NCBI GenBank assembly: GCA_043228905.1
Contig: JBHGNT010000001.1
Coordinates: 17,236,001 to 17,300,000, forward strand
Source: Azolla caroliniana
Taxonomy: Eukaryota > Plantae > Polypodiophyta
Direction of reading: 5' to 3'
DNA length: 64,000 nucleotides
The position numbers were made by a program, and so were the translations under genes. The stretch's first letter is position 1; each line of letters starts with the position of its first letter. Of this stretch, positions 12,453 to 25,470 are shown in pieces. The notes under the pieces were generated by a model that had not been told where the DNA came from, made no database searches, and was given only the letters and a program-made list of their open reading frames with translations.

Positions 12453-14555
12453 GAAGGGCGGCAAAGGAATCTGAAAATGAGAGGGAGCGAACTTGCAGAA
12501 GCAATGGCGGTGGCGGTAGACCGCCTGGTTAGCGCTCACGAGGGCGCGAGTGCCCTCGACAGGGCCATAGAAGCAACGGTCGACAAGATAGGTCGGTTTA
12601 GTGGGAAAGACGCCACGAGTTACTTAGAGGCCTACAAATCTGAAATGCAAATGAGGAATATACCCGAGGATAGACGACTGAAAGGGTTTCCCCGGGTCGT
12701 GACACCACACATCCATGCAGAGATGACCGAAATACAAGCGGGCTGCCGGGATTGGGCGGAGTTCGCGGATGAAGTTCTCGAAAGATACAGCTATGACAAC
12801 TCACTCCGGCTATCGAGGACAGACTTTATGGATTGGGTCAACAACCCCGACAAGGGTCAAAACGCTTCGGCGCTACTCCAGGAGTTCGAGTCATGATTTG
12901 CACGGCTCTCTAGATTGGACCGAATCGTGCTCGAAACGAGCAAAGTCCAATTTTTCGTCACATCGTTCGACTCGCGCATCTGGGAAAGCATGGGTCTTCT
13001 TCTTGAAACCAACCGCGGTCTCACGACTAACTGGGTAACCGTCAAAGAAGTATGCGGTAGGATTGACAAACAGCAAGATTGGAAAGAAAGAGGGTCCTCG
13101 CCGGCTGGATTGACTGTCAAAATTAGAGCCGAGCCGACGCCGAGCCAAATGGAAGAAACGAGGAAGTGGCTCAAGCTAGGCCCACCCCCGGCAAACGTAG
13201 CTGCGGGACCTGTAGGCGGCGCATGACTAGAAGAATTGACAAGGATGGTGCGCGACCTCCAGATCGCCCAAGACCGACGAAGCGATGAGGGTCAGCCGCG
13301 CGACGGACGACCACCGGCCAATCAGAGGTGCATATGGTGCGACGCCACCGGACATTCCCGGAGAGATTGCGCTGACCTCGGTGAAGCGCTCAGAAGTAAT
13401 GTAGTCTATCTCTTGAATGGCAGGATATATGCAAGCGACACGCGAAGATTGCCTGACACGAATTTCAGACGAGGAGGCATGAAGAGGCTAATGGAAGAAG
13501 ACGCGGCATGGCACGTTGAAGCCGTCCACTACTCGGCTTCAGCCGACATCCGCGTAGGCGAAAAGGCCGCCAAACCTGATTCAAACCCTGGGTTCTAGCC
13601 GGTTATTCTCGAGACCTTGTTCGGAGGAAGGTTGCAGAAGGGAGAAGTGGAGCGCGCGGAGGAGCGTGTGCCGAAGTTACCGGCTGGAGTGACCCTGTTG
13701 AGGAGAGCACCGACTTTGTGAAGGCTGTGTGCAGGAACTACGAGGCCCTGATCGGCGAAAGGCGAGCAGGGAAAACTGAGGGAGCAGGCCCTTCCGGGAG
13801 GTATGACTGTTGTCCGCCGGAATAGTAACCGACGGACAAAGAGCGCAGTAGTATGGAAAGAAACTGATATTGTAACGCATGTAACGGTTCACGTGGGAAG
13901 CTTGAACGGCTAAAAGACCCTGCATATATAAAGGGCAGAAAACCTCTGTGAGAGGTAGCGTGTAATTTTGAATGAAAAGGCGTATCGTAATAGAGTTCTA
14001 TCTTCTCTGATATTTGTGTGCATCTGTGCTTAATATACTGTGTGTCTGTAATTCTTAAGAGTGTAGGAGTGAGTGGCGATGTGTCCACTAGCCCACTGTT
14101 TAAGGAGCTCGGTTGTAGCCGTCTCCCGTATACACTGCTAGGTTACGGGAAGTATCCCCCTAAGCATTACGCACAAACGCTACCATTCGTTGGTACACAG
14201 TCACTTGGAAGTCTAGGTCGAAGGACTGACCATAGACAGTGTTCCTAATCGGTAACACTTTTGGCATGCTTGGTGATCTGTGTCTTCTCACAGATGAACA
14301 ACAACGAATGGATATTTAGCCGCAGATGCCCTAGAGAACCAACACGACCAGACCGGCCAATCATAAGGTCCATCACACGCCAGGTAGAGGAACGCGCACG
14401 GCAAAAGCCTCGCCTCAGCGACCTCAACGACCTCAGCACTACCTGTCGGGACCACAAAGGTGATTTCCCACTCTCCAAATACCTCGGGAATATGCAAGAA
14501 GTGCACTCACCACAATAACACTATGGTCTTTCCCTGCCCGCCGTAGCCCCCAACA

Positions 14556-17500
14556 TGGCCTTTGCCTATCCCCGCTTTAACGGCGAAACCGACGCCGCAA
14601 CCCACATTCGCATGTTCCTCAATGTCTGGAATGCAAACCACATGGCGGAGAACCTTTCTGAGGTAGTAGCACACTAGTCCAAAATGATGGAGTTCGGGTT
14701 AACATTGGATGGGCGAGTGGCGTTTTGGCATTCGCAAATGGATCTGCCAGCAATCATGACCTTCGATCAGCTGCAGTTCGCCTTTTTGCGGTTCTTCCAT
14801 CGGAGGGTTCCACAACGCGAAATCCTCGGGCAGTTCTACACAATTAAGCAGCTGCCGACGGAGACGATCACGGATTTAAGCTTACGTTTCCTAAATTTAC
14901 AGCGGAAATTAGAACGGGGCTTGGCGGAGGACGAGGCTAGGGAGACATTTCTGGCGGCATTACGCCGACCCATACGGACAACGCTCAACAACAATAACGT
15001 GAAAGGGGAAATGACCGATATGGTCATCGAACGAGCACTACAACTCAAGTTGGACGAAGAAGAGGAAAGGTTTTCCATGTCCTCATTCCGATAAGCGTTA
15101 CCTCAGGACGAGGAACGACATTTTCGTCAAGCAATCTAGTGCACGATTTGCTTGAATTCGGGGCATTCCGCAGTGGAGTGCAACATGCGAATTCACTGTC
15201 CAATCTGTCACTCGAAAGCTCACACAGTTGAGCAGTGCGAATACAATATGTTGAATAGAGCCATGCCCACAATACGCAACATGGACACACAGCGTCCCCC
15301 ACGCCGTAATGAACAAAGGAGGCAGGAAGACCGACCACGGTATATGGATCGCAACCCATGTGACGGAATCACAACGATTCCGAGGAAGACGAGCCAGAGG
15401 ATGAGGACTACCATGGTCCCCCCAGGTATACCAAAGGGTGCCGATGCTATGAGAATTACCGGCCGACAAACAAACGTGGCGGCTTCAACGGACCTCGTGG
15501 AAAGCAACGGCAATATCGGGACCACCGGCGATATAACGAAAGCTCGGAAGATGACCGGCACCAAGAACCATGCCGGGACCAACAACAACCACCGCGTACG
15601 CTCCGACAAACGAAGCCGGACCGTGAGGAGCAAGTTGCACCGGGGGATCGACACACACCACCAAGGGCCGAGAAGGGTGAATCTAGCATTCATTGTTTTG
15701 TTTGTCAGCAGCCCGGACATTATGCCACACAATGCCCAGTACGCAAGGGCAAGGGGCCCGCCGTCAATACGATTACGACAGAAGTGCAGCAAGTCACGGC
15801 ACGTCAGCAAACAAAAATGGCTGATTGGGCCGCGCAAGATGAGATACGGCGAACAGCCGAGGCGTGGGTTGAAAAAGCAAACGCGACAAATACGGAACGC
15901 ATGTGGAAGGAATCCGCAAACACGATGGAGCTAATGGAGGATGAAGGACCGGCCCTGGACCCCATTTGGCAAGCATTGGTAGGCTGCGAAATAACGTTAA
16001 CCATTGAGAAGCTGTTGCAACTAGTCCCACGCTTCCGCCAGACCGTGGAAGAGGGGGTGACGGGCATACCCGGGGTGAGCGTCGCTACGAATTTCACGGA
16101 CATTAGCGACAGACCGTTTGTAGTGGATCACCACAACCCAACTATTAAGTTGATATTACACGGTCAGGAAATCCCATGATGCGTAATCGATGGCGGCTTG
16201 GGTGTTAATGTAATTAGCGCGAAAACATGCGAACAATCAGGAATTTCAGAATGGGAGGCTTGCGCGTTCTGCCTCCGTATGGCAAATACCCGCTCAGTAC
16301 GACCATTGGGGTTGATATGCAAGGTAGGAATTATTGTGGGAGGACATTGCTTCGACATCTCGACGGTAGTCCTCCCCCTGGATGCCCAAAGGGCGTACCC
16401 TGTGCTGCTGGGTAGACCGTGGCTTTGCGCAGCGAATATCAAGCAGAGCTGGCAACACAAGTGTATCAGTTTTTGACACGGACGCACCAAGGTTCGCGTA
16501 CCAACGGAGGAAAGGGCGACACAATCCAAGGGTATAACACCATTATACGCGGAAGATATAAATATGCTGGATAGGGTGGATGATACAGAATTAGAGGCAT
16601 ACCTAGATGAGCACCCTCGGATTATTCCATTGTTCGAAATCGACGTCATTGCAACCGCGACAGAATATGCCACGGCCACTACTCTCCATGACGAAGCTTA
16701 CGAACCAAAGCCGGAGTCAATATTAGAACTAAGCAGAGCACGGGCAACGTTCGAGAGGGAAATGGAAATTTCAAGACGAGTCACCGCCTTAGCCCTGGAA
16801 GAAGTAAACGTGGGTACGACGTCAGAACCCCGTTTCCTCTCCATCGCAAAGGAATTAAGGCCGAACCAGAGAGATGCGATGATCGAACTACTCAAGAAAT
16901 ATAAAGATGTGTTCGCCTGGGCTCACGAGGACATGAAGGGGTTAGATCCGAAGTTCTATCAACATAAGATTAATTTAGCAACCGACGCAAAACCGGTTTA
17001 GCGGCGTCGCTACCGCATGAACCTGAACTACGCGACCCGCATAAAAGAAGAAATTGACAAACTCTTAAAGGTGGGATTCATATGGCCAGTTAAACAAGCC
17101 ACATGGTTAAGCTCGATAGTAGTCGTTCCAAAGAAAAACGGCAAAATACGAGTATGCGTGGATTACCGAAAATTAAACGTTGTAACCATTACAGACGCAT
17201 TCCCTTTACCATTCACCAATAGCGTACTGGACGTCGTCGCAATGCATGACATGTACAATTTTTTGGATGGCTTCAGTGGATACAACCAAGTACGCATGCA
17301 TCCCGATGACCAAGAGAAGACAACATTTGTCACGAACTGGGGAGTCTATGTGGCAGTCGTCATGATGTTCGGGATAAAGACGGCGCCGACGACATTTCAA
17401 CGGACAATCACGGAGATTTTTGGGGAATATATTCTGGCATTAATGCAAGTTTTTTTAGACGATTTTGTGGTATATGGGAAAACAACCGACCATTTTACGC

Positions 17501-19655
17501 ATCTGCACCTGTGCTTGGAACGTTGCCGCACTGCACGCTTAAGCCTGAATCCCGCGAAATGTGCCTTCGGCGTTACCAGTGTGGCTCTCCTAGGCCATAT
17601 AGTCAGCAAGGAAGGGATAGCGGTCGATCTGAACAAAATCTCCGCGATTACTCAAGCCAAAACTCCGACAAATGCGAAATCACTCAGCCGGTTTTTAAGA
17701 CAAATACGATGGCATAGCCGGATGATACGATACTTGGTGGACTTCGCCACGCCATTACATGCCGCCGTGCATCAGACTCCCTTCCAATGGAGTGCAACGG
17801 AAGACAAGGCCTATGATGCGCTAAAGATAATGCTCATGCAGGCACTCGTCGTACAACCACCAATTGGGGCGAAGCCATTCCACGTGTTCGTAGATGCCTC
17901 AAACATAGCAATAGGAAGTGCGCTAATGCAGCTCACAAAACCGAATTGGTATCGGCCAGTGTACTACGCTAGTCACAAATTATCAACAGCAGAGCGTAAC
18001 TATTCCACAACGGAACGTGAGGCGTTGGGGATGATCTATAACATCAATAAATTCCGGCATTATCTGCTAGGGAGGAAATTCACGTTCCACGTGGATCATT
18101 CGGCACTGTTGTATTTGGTGGAGAAACAAGCACTGACGGGGAAATTGGCGCGATGGATGCTGCTGCTTCAAGAATTCGATTTTGTAATTCAGCACCACCC
18201 GAGTACGCAACACGCAGTGGCAGATTTTTTGAGCAGACTCGATAATGGAGAAACGACACAGAAAGACGACGACGACTTTCCGGACGCAGACATTTTGCGG
18301 GTAGTAGCACTAGCAGAAAGAACGGAAAATACCTTTCTGGACCGATGGCTCATGGAAATGACATACTTTTTGACTACGGGACTGCCTCCACCGCAATTAC
18401 GCACGGACGAGAAGAAATGATTAGCCGTCCGGAGCCGTAACTTCTGCTTGGTAGAAGGAATCTTATATCACAAAGGTAGTGATGGCATTTGGCGACGTGG
18501 TATATGTCAGGATGAGAAAGGAGTGGTCTTACAAGAGGCTCATTGCGGCACGGCAGGCGGACACTACGCGAGCGATGTTACGGCCCGGAAAATATGGCAA
18601 GTAGACCTATGGTGGCCGGCTACACAGAAGGACGCGTATGAGTATTGCAGAAAGTGCGATTTGTGTCAACGGATGGGCTAGCCCACGGAGGGCGCAAGAA
18701 TGCCACACCAGCCTGTATTACTGTTAGATCCCTTCCAAAAGTGGGGATTGGATTTTGTGGGCCCCTTCACACCAGCGGCGGCCCGGACGGGCAATAAATA
18801 CATATTGGTGGCCATGGTTTATTGCACCAAGTGGGTAGAAGCAAAGGCACTACGAGAGAATACGACAGCCGTCACGACGAGATTCCTTTACGAACACATC
18901 TGGTGTCGGTTCGGTTCTCCGATTGAGCTTATCAGTGATCAGGGGAGCCACTTTCTCAATACGGTGGTTCGGGAACTAACACATCATTACGCCGTAGTCC
19001 ACAAGAAGAGTACGCCATATTATCCACAGGTGAATGGGTTGGCGGAATCCACCAACAAGACATTGCAGACCATATTAAAGAAAATCGTCAATGAAAATAG
19101 AACAGACTGGGATACCAAATTACATAGTGCATTATGGGCGTACAGAACCAGCTACAAAACAAGCATACAGTCAACACCGTTTCGACTAGCGTTTGGGCTG
19201 GAAGCCATTATGTTGGTAGAGTTTCAGATACCCAGTTTACGGATTCAAGTATGAGACTGACTATCGGAAGCCAAGTTGGATGAAGTACGGCTCCACCAGC
19301 TACTCGAACTCGGCGAAACACGCGTACACAGCATGGCTATGTTGGAGCAGGAACAACGACGTCGTAAAACGTTTGTGGATCGACATCGGAATGCACGGGA
19401 AAAGGATTTCGCGGTCGGTAGAACGGTACTGGTTTTCCAAACCCACATGGCCAATATGCCAGGAAAATTACGATTCCGTTGGACAGGCCCGTAATGAATA
19501 ATAGGAGTGGAACAAGGCACGTTCCAAATGGGCATGCTGGCCGGGGAAGTATTACGACAGAAGGTGAATGGGTTTCACCTTAAACCTTATCTGGGACCTA
19601 CGCTACCTAACCCATTCCTCGTCGGAAAGGACAAAGCCAGAGAATCTGCGGAGTA
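14556..19655 (+). pseudogene. Element D gag-pol
   Basis: gag with three CCHC knuckles, protease VIDGGLGVNV, RT FLDGFSGYNQ/VFLDDF, RNase H VFVDASN, integrase WGLDFVGP/SDQGSHF/WTGP; scattered stops. Confidence 0.9.
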
Positions 19656-19711
19656 AGTAGACGACCCTACTTGTATCATAGTATAAAAATAGGCTTGTAT
19701 GTAATTGTTAC

Positions 19712-19791
19712 AAAAAAAAGGAAAAAAAGAAAAAAAAGAAAAAAAAGAAAAAAAAGAAAAAAAAGAAAAAAAAGAAAAAAAAGAAAAAAGA
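19712..19791 (+). repeat. (GAAAAAAA)n purine tract between pol and the accessory ORF of D
   Basis: About 80 nt of pure purine; equivalent tract in F at 44422-44454. Confidence 0.9.
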
Positions 19792-20046
19792 TAATGACGC
19801 TATTAAAAGGACTTAATGCATGCACAGACTTCTAGACCAAGAACACGCGGCACCACGATGGCTCACCGACCAATGAACCCTAGGCCACAAAAAGAAGGAA
19901 ATAGAAGGTCTTCTGCACAATACAGAAACCCACCTCCTAACTCTCAGCGCTCTCATTGCTCCCCTTCCTCCCCTTCTTCTCCATCCTATGACAGAGCTCA
20001 AGCCCACCGCAACCAACAATCTTCCCCCCATGAGCCTACTCTAACT

Positions 20047-22776
20047 ATGTCAATATTTATCTCTACCGCCTTGTGTCGATGGCTCGTGGAGAAACGCCTG
20101 GATGGGTACATCAGGGTCGCAGAGGCACCTCCACACCCGAATGCATTGGACATCGCCAAAAAGCTCAACATCGACACGGTCACCAACTCATCCATCCGAA
20201 AATGTTGGACCTGTCATCACTAGGTGAAAGGCATTTCGAAATCCCTCCTGTAGAGTCGCTGCAGAGATATTTTGGTCCATATTCGTCCTCCACCAAGGCA
20301 TATAGAACGAAAGAGATCCCGGATCCCTTTTCCGCGAAGTTGCCAAGTTCCTATTAGAGGTCGGATGCGTACATGTAAACACATATGGGATGCCCAAGCA
20401 GAAGGCAGGTATCATTATTGAGACCTTTGAAGGGCGTACGGTCGATTGGGGGGTCATCACGGGGCCGACATTAAGGGAAGGCCTGCACACGTATCAAGGA
20501 GGCAAGAAGCTCAAGCCTATCATACAACAGTACCTGACGGTACTATTCCCACCCTGAGGTCTACCGGCACTGCAGACTAGCAAGCCCACGCCGCTGCCTC
20601 CATTTCGCGGAGTTAGCCACCACAAAGTGGGAGGATGAACCCCAACCCGTCTAGCCGAACACGCGGACAATGCAGGAAGAGCAGGCAGCACGCTCCGAGG
20701 AAGCGGCACCAGAGCCAGATGCCGAACCACGACAGGAAAGCCCCAAGCCGAAACGGCGGAGGCTGGACAGGAAAGATGGGCGAGGATTAGTTAAAGACGT
20801 ACTCGCGGCGGCAGAGACAACGACCGTAGGCGACGACTTCGCAACTACGGAGCCCAACACCACCCAACACCACCTTTGAAATTATCCGGGAGCCACGACC
20901 GATCTTTACAGCTCAGTCACAATGAGGGAAAGCCGTATTGATGGCGGAAAGCGAGGTCTTGGCATATCTGGATATCCCGGACACGGCCCATGAGTTCAAC
21001 ACACTATTACAGTTCGGAACGTCTTTTGAGCTCATGGAATTCTTGGCAACGCAATAGATAAAGGTCTCACAATGAATGGCTGAGGAGCACGCGGAGCGCC
21101 AGATGATCGAGCGCACCTTAACACAAACGACGGAAAGCGACAATGAGGACCAGTTAGCCAGAGTCGGCAGACGGAGGAACGCCGGTATACGCCAAATGGG
21201 GATGGAACTACCCCCATTAAACGCGGCCCTAGTCGAAGTTCATAGGGAACTGGCAAAGGTCAGCATGGGTGCCAAGGAGATGGCCATTAAAAATAAGAAT
21301 GTATGGAAGAAGGTTAAATTGACCCAAGCCGAGTTGCAAAAAGCCAACGAACGCATCGCGGAGTTTGAAAATAACGTGACTACGGCACAACAGGCAGCTC
21401 CACCGCCAAACAACGCCGTCGAAGCCCTGAAGGAAGAGATTGAGGCTCAGACCGGCATTGCCTCAAAAGCAAAATGGGCCGTACAACTAGCGGAATCAGA
21501 AATTGACCGCCTCTGCGCTAAACTTCGCCAGTCCTTAGATAGGGAAAAGGACATCCCGGCCAACGGCCGAAAGGCAGTAAAGACCCTTGAAGAGAAACTC
21601 GCTATGGAGACAACACAACACACCCGGACAAAAGAAGAAAACACCCAATTACGGGAGGAAGCGAAAAAATCGGAGGCGGCAATCGCGGGACTCCGGGCCT
21701 TATTGGAGAAAAAGAAAGCATGGTTCGACGAGCAGTTGGTGGGCGAATAGGAGAGAAGGCATCAGCTCGAAATCCGTCTGAACAATGAAATTGGAAAATT
21801 GGAAGAACTACATGCGAAGGAATCCCAGCTTTGGGTAGGTATGAAGAGCACGTATGAAGAAGCGATGACAGTTAGTCAGCAAGAAATTGCAAACCTCAAG
21901 AAATTCGTGGAAGAAGCACGCAACTGTTGCCAAGCCATCACAGACAACATATGTATCCTTCTACAAATGAATCGGGAGAGGTTTACGGCGCAATTGAAAA
22001 CGGCGCTAGACAAAGGATGGATGGCGTGGGCTGCACAAGCGTCAGAATTGCATGCGTATCGAGCGGACTGGGAGAACTAGAGGAAAGATGGCCGAGGCTT
22101 CTATAAACTCAATGAGGAAAGCATTGCGGCAGTACGTGAGGACCTAATGCAAGACTATCGCACACTAGCGGACCAACATTTTGAAGAACTCGCGCAGCTA
22201 CTAGATGATTTTGGCGAAAGTTAGGAGGATCTGTTTCACTAGATCACGCAAGCCGGAAACACGCGAACAAACGAGGAAACCGTCGCGACACCAATTCAGG
22301 ATACTGCCGAGCAAGAGGAACCTCAGGCCAGGTCACCAGAAATTACCACTACGGTGAACAGCTCGGAACGGCGAGCGGAGTCCCCCGCAATACCAGACAA
22401 TGACACCACCGCCCAAGTGGAATCCCACCTACCGGAGCATACGCTTACGGCCGACCACACGGAGAACGTCTCGGACCAAGGGGAATTGCAAACCTGCTCC
22501 CTAGAGCGTACAACGACGGCTGACATCACGGGGGAAGTGACGGAAGGAACAGAACCGCAACCTACCGCAAGCCCGCGGACGACTGAACCGTAGCCCCTAG
22601 CCCAAGAAGAGCCCACAGAACCCGGGCCACCCACATAGGACGACCGCGAAACCAGGAGAAGCTCTCCAGACCAGACAGGGGAACCTCACAACGACGCGCC
22701 TACGGGTCCTCCGCCGTCCCCGGACAAGGACACCGTAGCATAACCAAACATCAGGGCCATTTTGGAGGAAGATTAA
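20047..22776 (+). pseudogene. Element D accessory ORF (globular N-domain, coiled coil, acidic tail)
   Basis: Homologous to the F ORF: YFGPYSSSTKAYRT, FREVA, VDW, QYLTVLFPP, WMAWAAQASEL; ends ILEED* at 22774-22776. Confidence 0.75.
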
Positions 22777-25400
22777 AGGGATGGGGCCGACGTGCCATGG
22801 CACTATCCCACAGGTGTGCCATGTGTTGTCCGCCGAAATAGTAACCGATGGACAAAGACTGCCTAAACTGATATTGTAACGCATGTAACGGTTCATGCGG
22901 GAAGTGTGGACGGCTAAAAGACCCTGCGTATATAAAGGGCAGAAAACCTCTGTGAGAGGTACCGTGTAATTTTGAATGAAAAGGCATATCGTAATAGAGT
23001 TCTATCTTCTCTGATATCTGTGTGCATCTGTGGTTAATATACTGTGTGTCTGTAATTCTTAAGAGCGTAGGAGTGAGTGGCGGTGTGCGCACTAGCCCAC
23101 TGTCTAAGGAGCTCGGTTGTAGCCGTCTCCCATATACACTGCTAGGTTACGGGAAGTATCCCCCTAAGCATTACGCACAGATGCTACCATTCGTTGGTAC
23201 ACAGTCCCTTGGAAGTCTAGGTCGAAGGATTGACCATAGACAGTGTTCCTAATCGGTAACAATGACACCCGAAGCACGCCGAAAGGGCTTGATGCCACTC
23301 CGACCGGGTCCCAGGAGAAGGAGAAGGGCAGGACTCGAAGCTACCGTTTAAGCTCAGTAATCGAGAAAACAACGAACCTACAGAAAGTTCTAGAGGAGCG
23401 AGTTCTCGACAGTAGCATAAAACTCACACTTAGGGAAGTGCTTGGCATAGCGAGAAGGGAATTCCACGACAACATCGTGGACCTCGTAAAGAGAAAGCGT
23501 CTCGCGACGGAACCGGAGCCCGAGAAGCCGGTTGAAGTAAGGACAACACTCCTCGACGAGATGGCCGCGGAAGACGAGCTTGTGGAAAGCCACTATGCCA
23601 GGCCGCACTGGGCAAGAGCGACTACAGAAACCCCTGTTCATATTGGGGACATGAAGGAACCGTTGGTAGCATTAATCGACCACGGGTCGGAAATTAACCT
23701 GATGTCAATGGACTTCTACAAAAAGGGGAATTGGCCAACACCAAACACGGGTGGAAGATACGCGCGACTACAAGAGCCACGGAAGAACTACACGGGGCTT
23801 GCCCGAACGTCAGGGTGAGCGTCGGAGACGTCGATATAAACCAACACTTTTTCGTGCAAGAGACGTCCTCCCACCCGGTCATCCTCGGCGAACCATACAT
23901 CACGGCGGCAAGAATGGAGACGAAAGTGCTGGACAATGGTTCAGCCTATGCGAGGGTAAAAAGTCAGGACGGCCATCACTCCATCCAATTTTTGACTGTT
24001 CGGAAGAATCACGAGCGGAACCGAGACACCCTCGGAAATAACGACAAGGCGGATTTTTAGAAAGGGCTATCAAGGCGTGGGGCCGCGATAGTCTGGATAG
24101 CCGGAAAATTCCCCACACCTATAAAATAGGAAGGAAAGTTTTGTTCTCCGACAACGGGGGATGTACCATAGCCAGCATCAATGGCCGAGAAAGGAAACGG
24201 GCCGAGATACGCTTAAAGGCGTGCGGAGCCTTGAGTCACGACGAAGGGATTGTGGAAGCCGTGGAGGCGGTCTCGTTCGATGATACCCTTGGAGAAATCA
24301 GGAAGGTAGTCTAGGGAGGCCTAAGCAAAGACCGAGTCATACCGGTGAACTCTGTCGACATGTATGAAGTCATTGTGGACTTCGAAAGAAAAACCAGGGC
24401 GCATCGGATCGCCCGAGTAGACACCAAGTACAAGACTATGGACCGGAAGGTGAAGCCCGTCGCGACCCCCTTACCGGAGGGCACCTAGGAATGAATAAAG
24501 GGGGTCGCTACCGACCAGCATAGGACACCGTTTCACCGACAAAACACTATGAGAGCTAAAGATTGGTGGGGGTGGCTTCCTACTACCAGTGGAAGAGGAC
24601 CGGTTCAGAGGGATGCTCGAAAGGCACGTGAAAGCCTTCGCATTCTCGTCGAGAGAGATCGGGTGCGTCGACCCGACCATTGTCGAACCAATGGTGATCT
24701 TTACCATGCCGCACGTACCATGGAGCCTCAAACCGATTCAAGTACCGAGAGCTCACATGCCAATGTTGATGGAGCTTCTTAAGCAGAAGGTGGAGTTGGG
24801 CATCCTCGAACCATCGAGTGCCCCTTACTCTAACCAGTGGTTTACGGTGTCGTGCCTTTCGGCTCCGGATCGTTGCGTGAGTCGGGTGGGAACCGCCGAG
24901 GTTTTGGACTAGGAGGAAGAAAAATACAAATAAGGCTAGTAAAGAATAGGTATAAAGAGTTATAAGATAAGAATCTTGTGAATCCCACGAGTTTAGTATA
25001 TTTAGTCAATATTTAGGTAGTAAGAGAGAATTATTTTAGCAAATTCGTGAATCCCATGAATATTTTAGATTGATTGATCATTATAGAAAAATAATCAACA
25101 AAAACTACAATGTGCTCCCCATCCTTATATAGTGATGGGAGAGACTAAGCATAACTACATGCTTTTTTCTAATATGTTCATGCACACTAAATGTGCATGT
25201 GATGCTTTTCTAATCCTTGCTTTTATTTGCTAAATATAGTGCTCATGCACGCTAGATGTGCATGAGTCACTTTTTAGTTGCTTGCGTTTTTCTATAAAAT
25301 ATTCACGCACTCTAAAAATGCATGATTTACCTTTTAATAAAGGTAGGCGCAAATAAAGCACTTATAGTTATTAAATTTATTTGTAGAACACTAAAGATAA

Positions 25401-25470
25401 GGTAGCATAATGGTAAAGTTGAGGTTTGGCTACGTGGAGGTACAGGGTTTGAATCTTGCCCTATGCACGT
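25401..25470 (+). promoter_or_regulatory. tRNA-like Pol III A-box/B-box cassette in the C-family LTR (copies at ~28118-28187 and 49139-49208)
   Basis: TAGCATAATGG...GGTTTGAATCT; in C' TAGTACAATGG...GGTTCGAATCT; starts 43 nt apart in both. Confidence 0.65.

Larger units (their letters stand above)
13808..23261 (+). mobile_element. Element D: Athila-like non-chromovirus Gypsy, full length, with extra 3' ORF, inserted in B
   Basis: LTRs 13808-14257 and 22824-23261; perfect 5-bp TSD ATGAC; decayed PBS TGGCATGCTTGGTG 14262-14275. Confidence 0.92.

Noticed and set aside
21076-21750. Coiled-coil ORFs as host SMC/myosin-like genes or as an envelope gene
   Set aside because: They lie between pol and the 3' LTR, have homologues at the same position in E and F, and show no signal peptide or transmembrane helix.
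22764-22786. Purine-rich stretch as the PPT of D
   Set aside because: It ends ~37 nt before the LTR, is interrupted by pyrimidines and overlaps the ORF end; kept only as an alternative hypothesis.
25401-25470. Intact tRNA gene
   Set aside because: A/B boxes are present but I cannot fold convincing acceptor and anticodon stems; reported as tRNA-like only.
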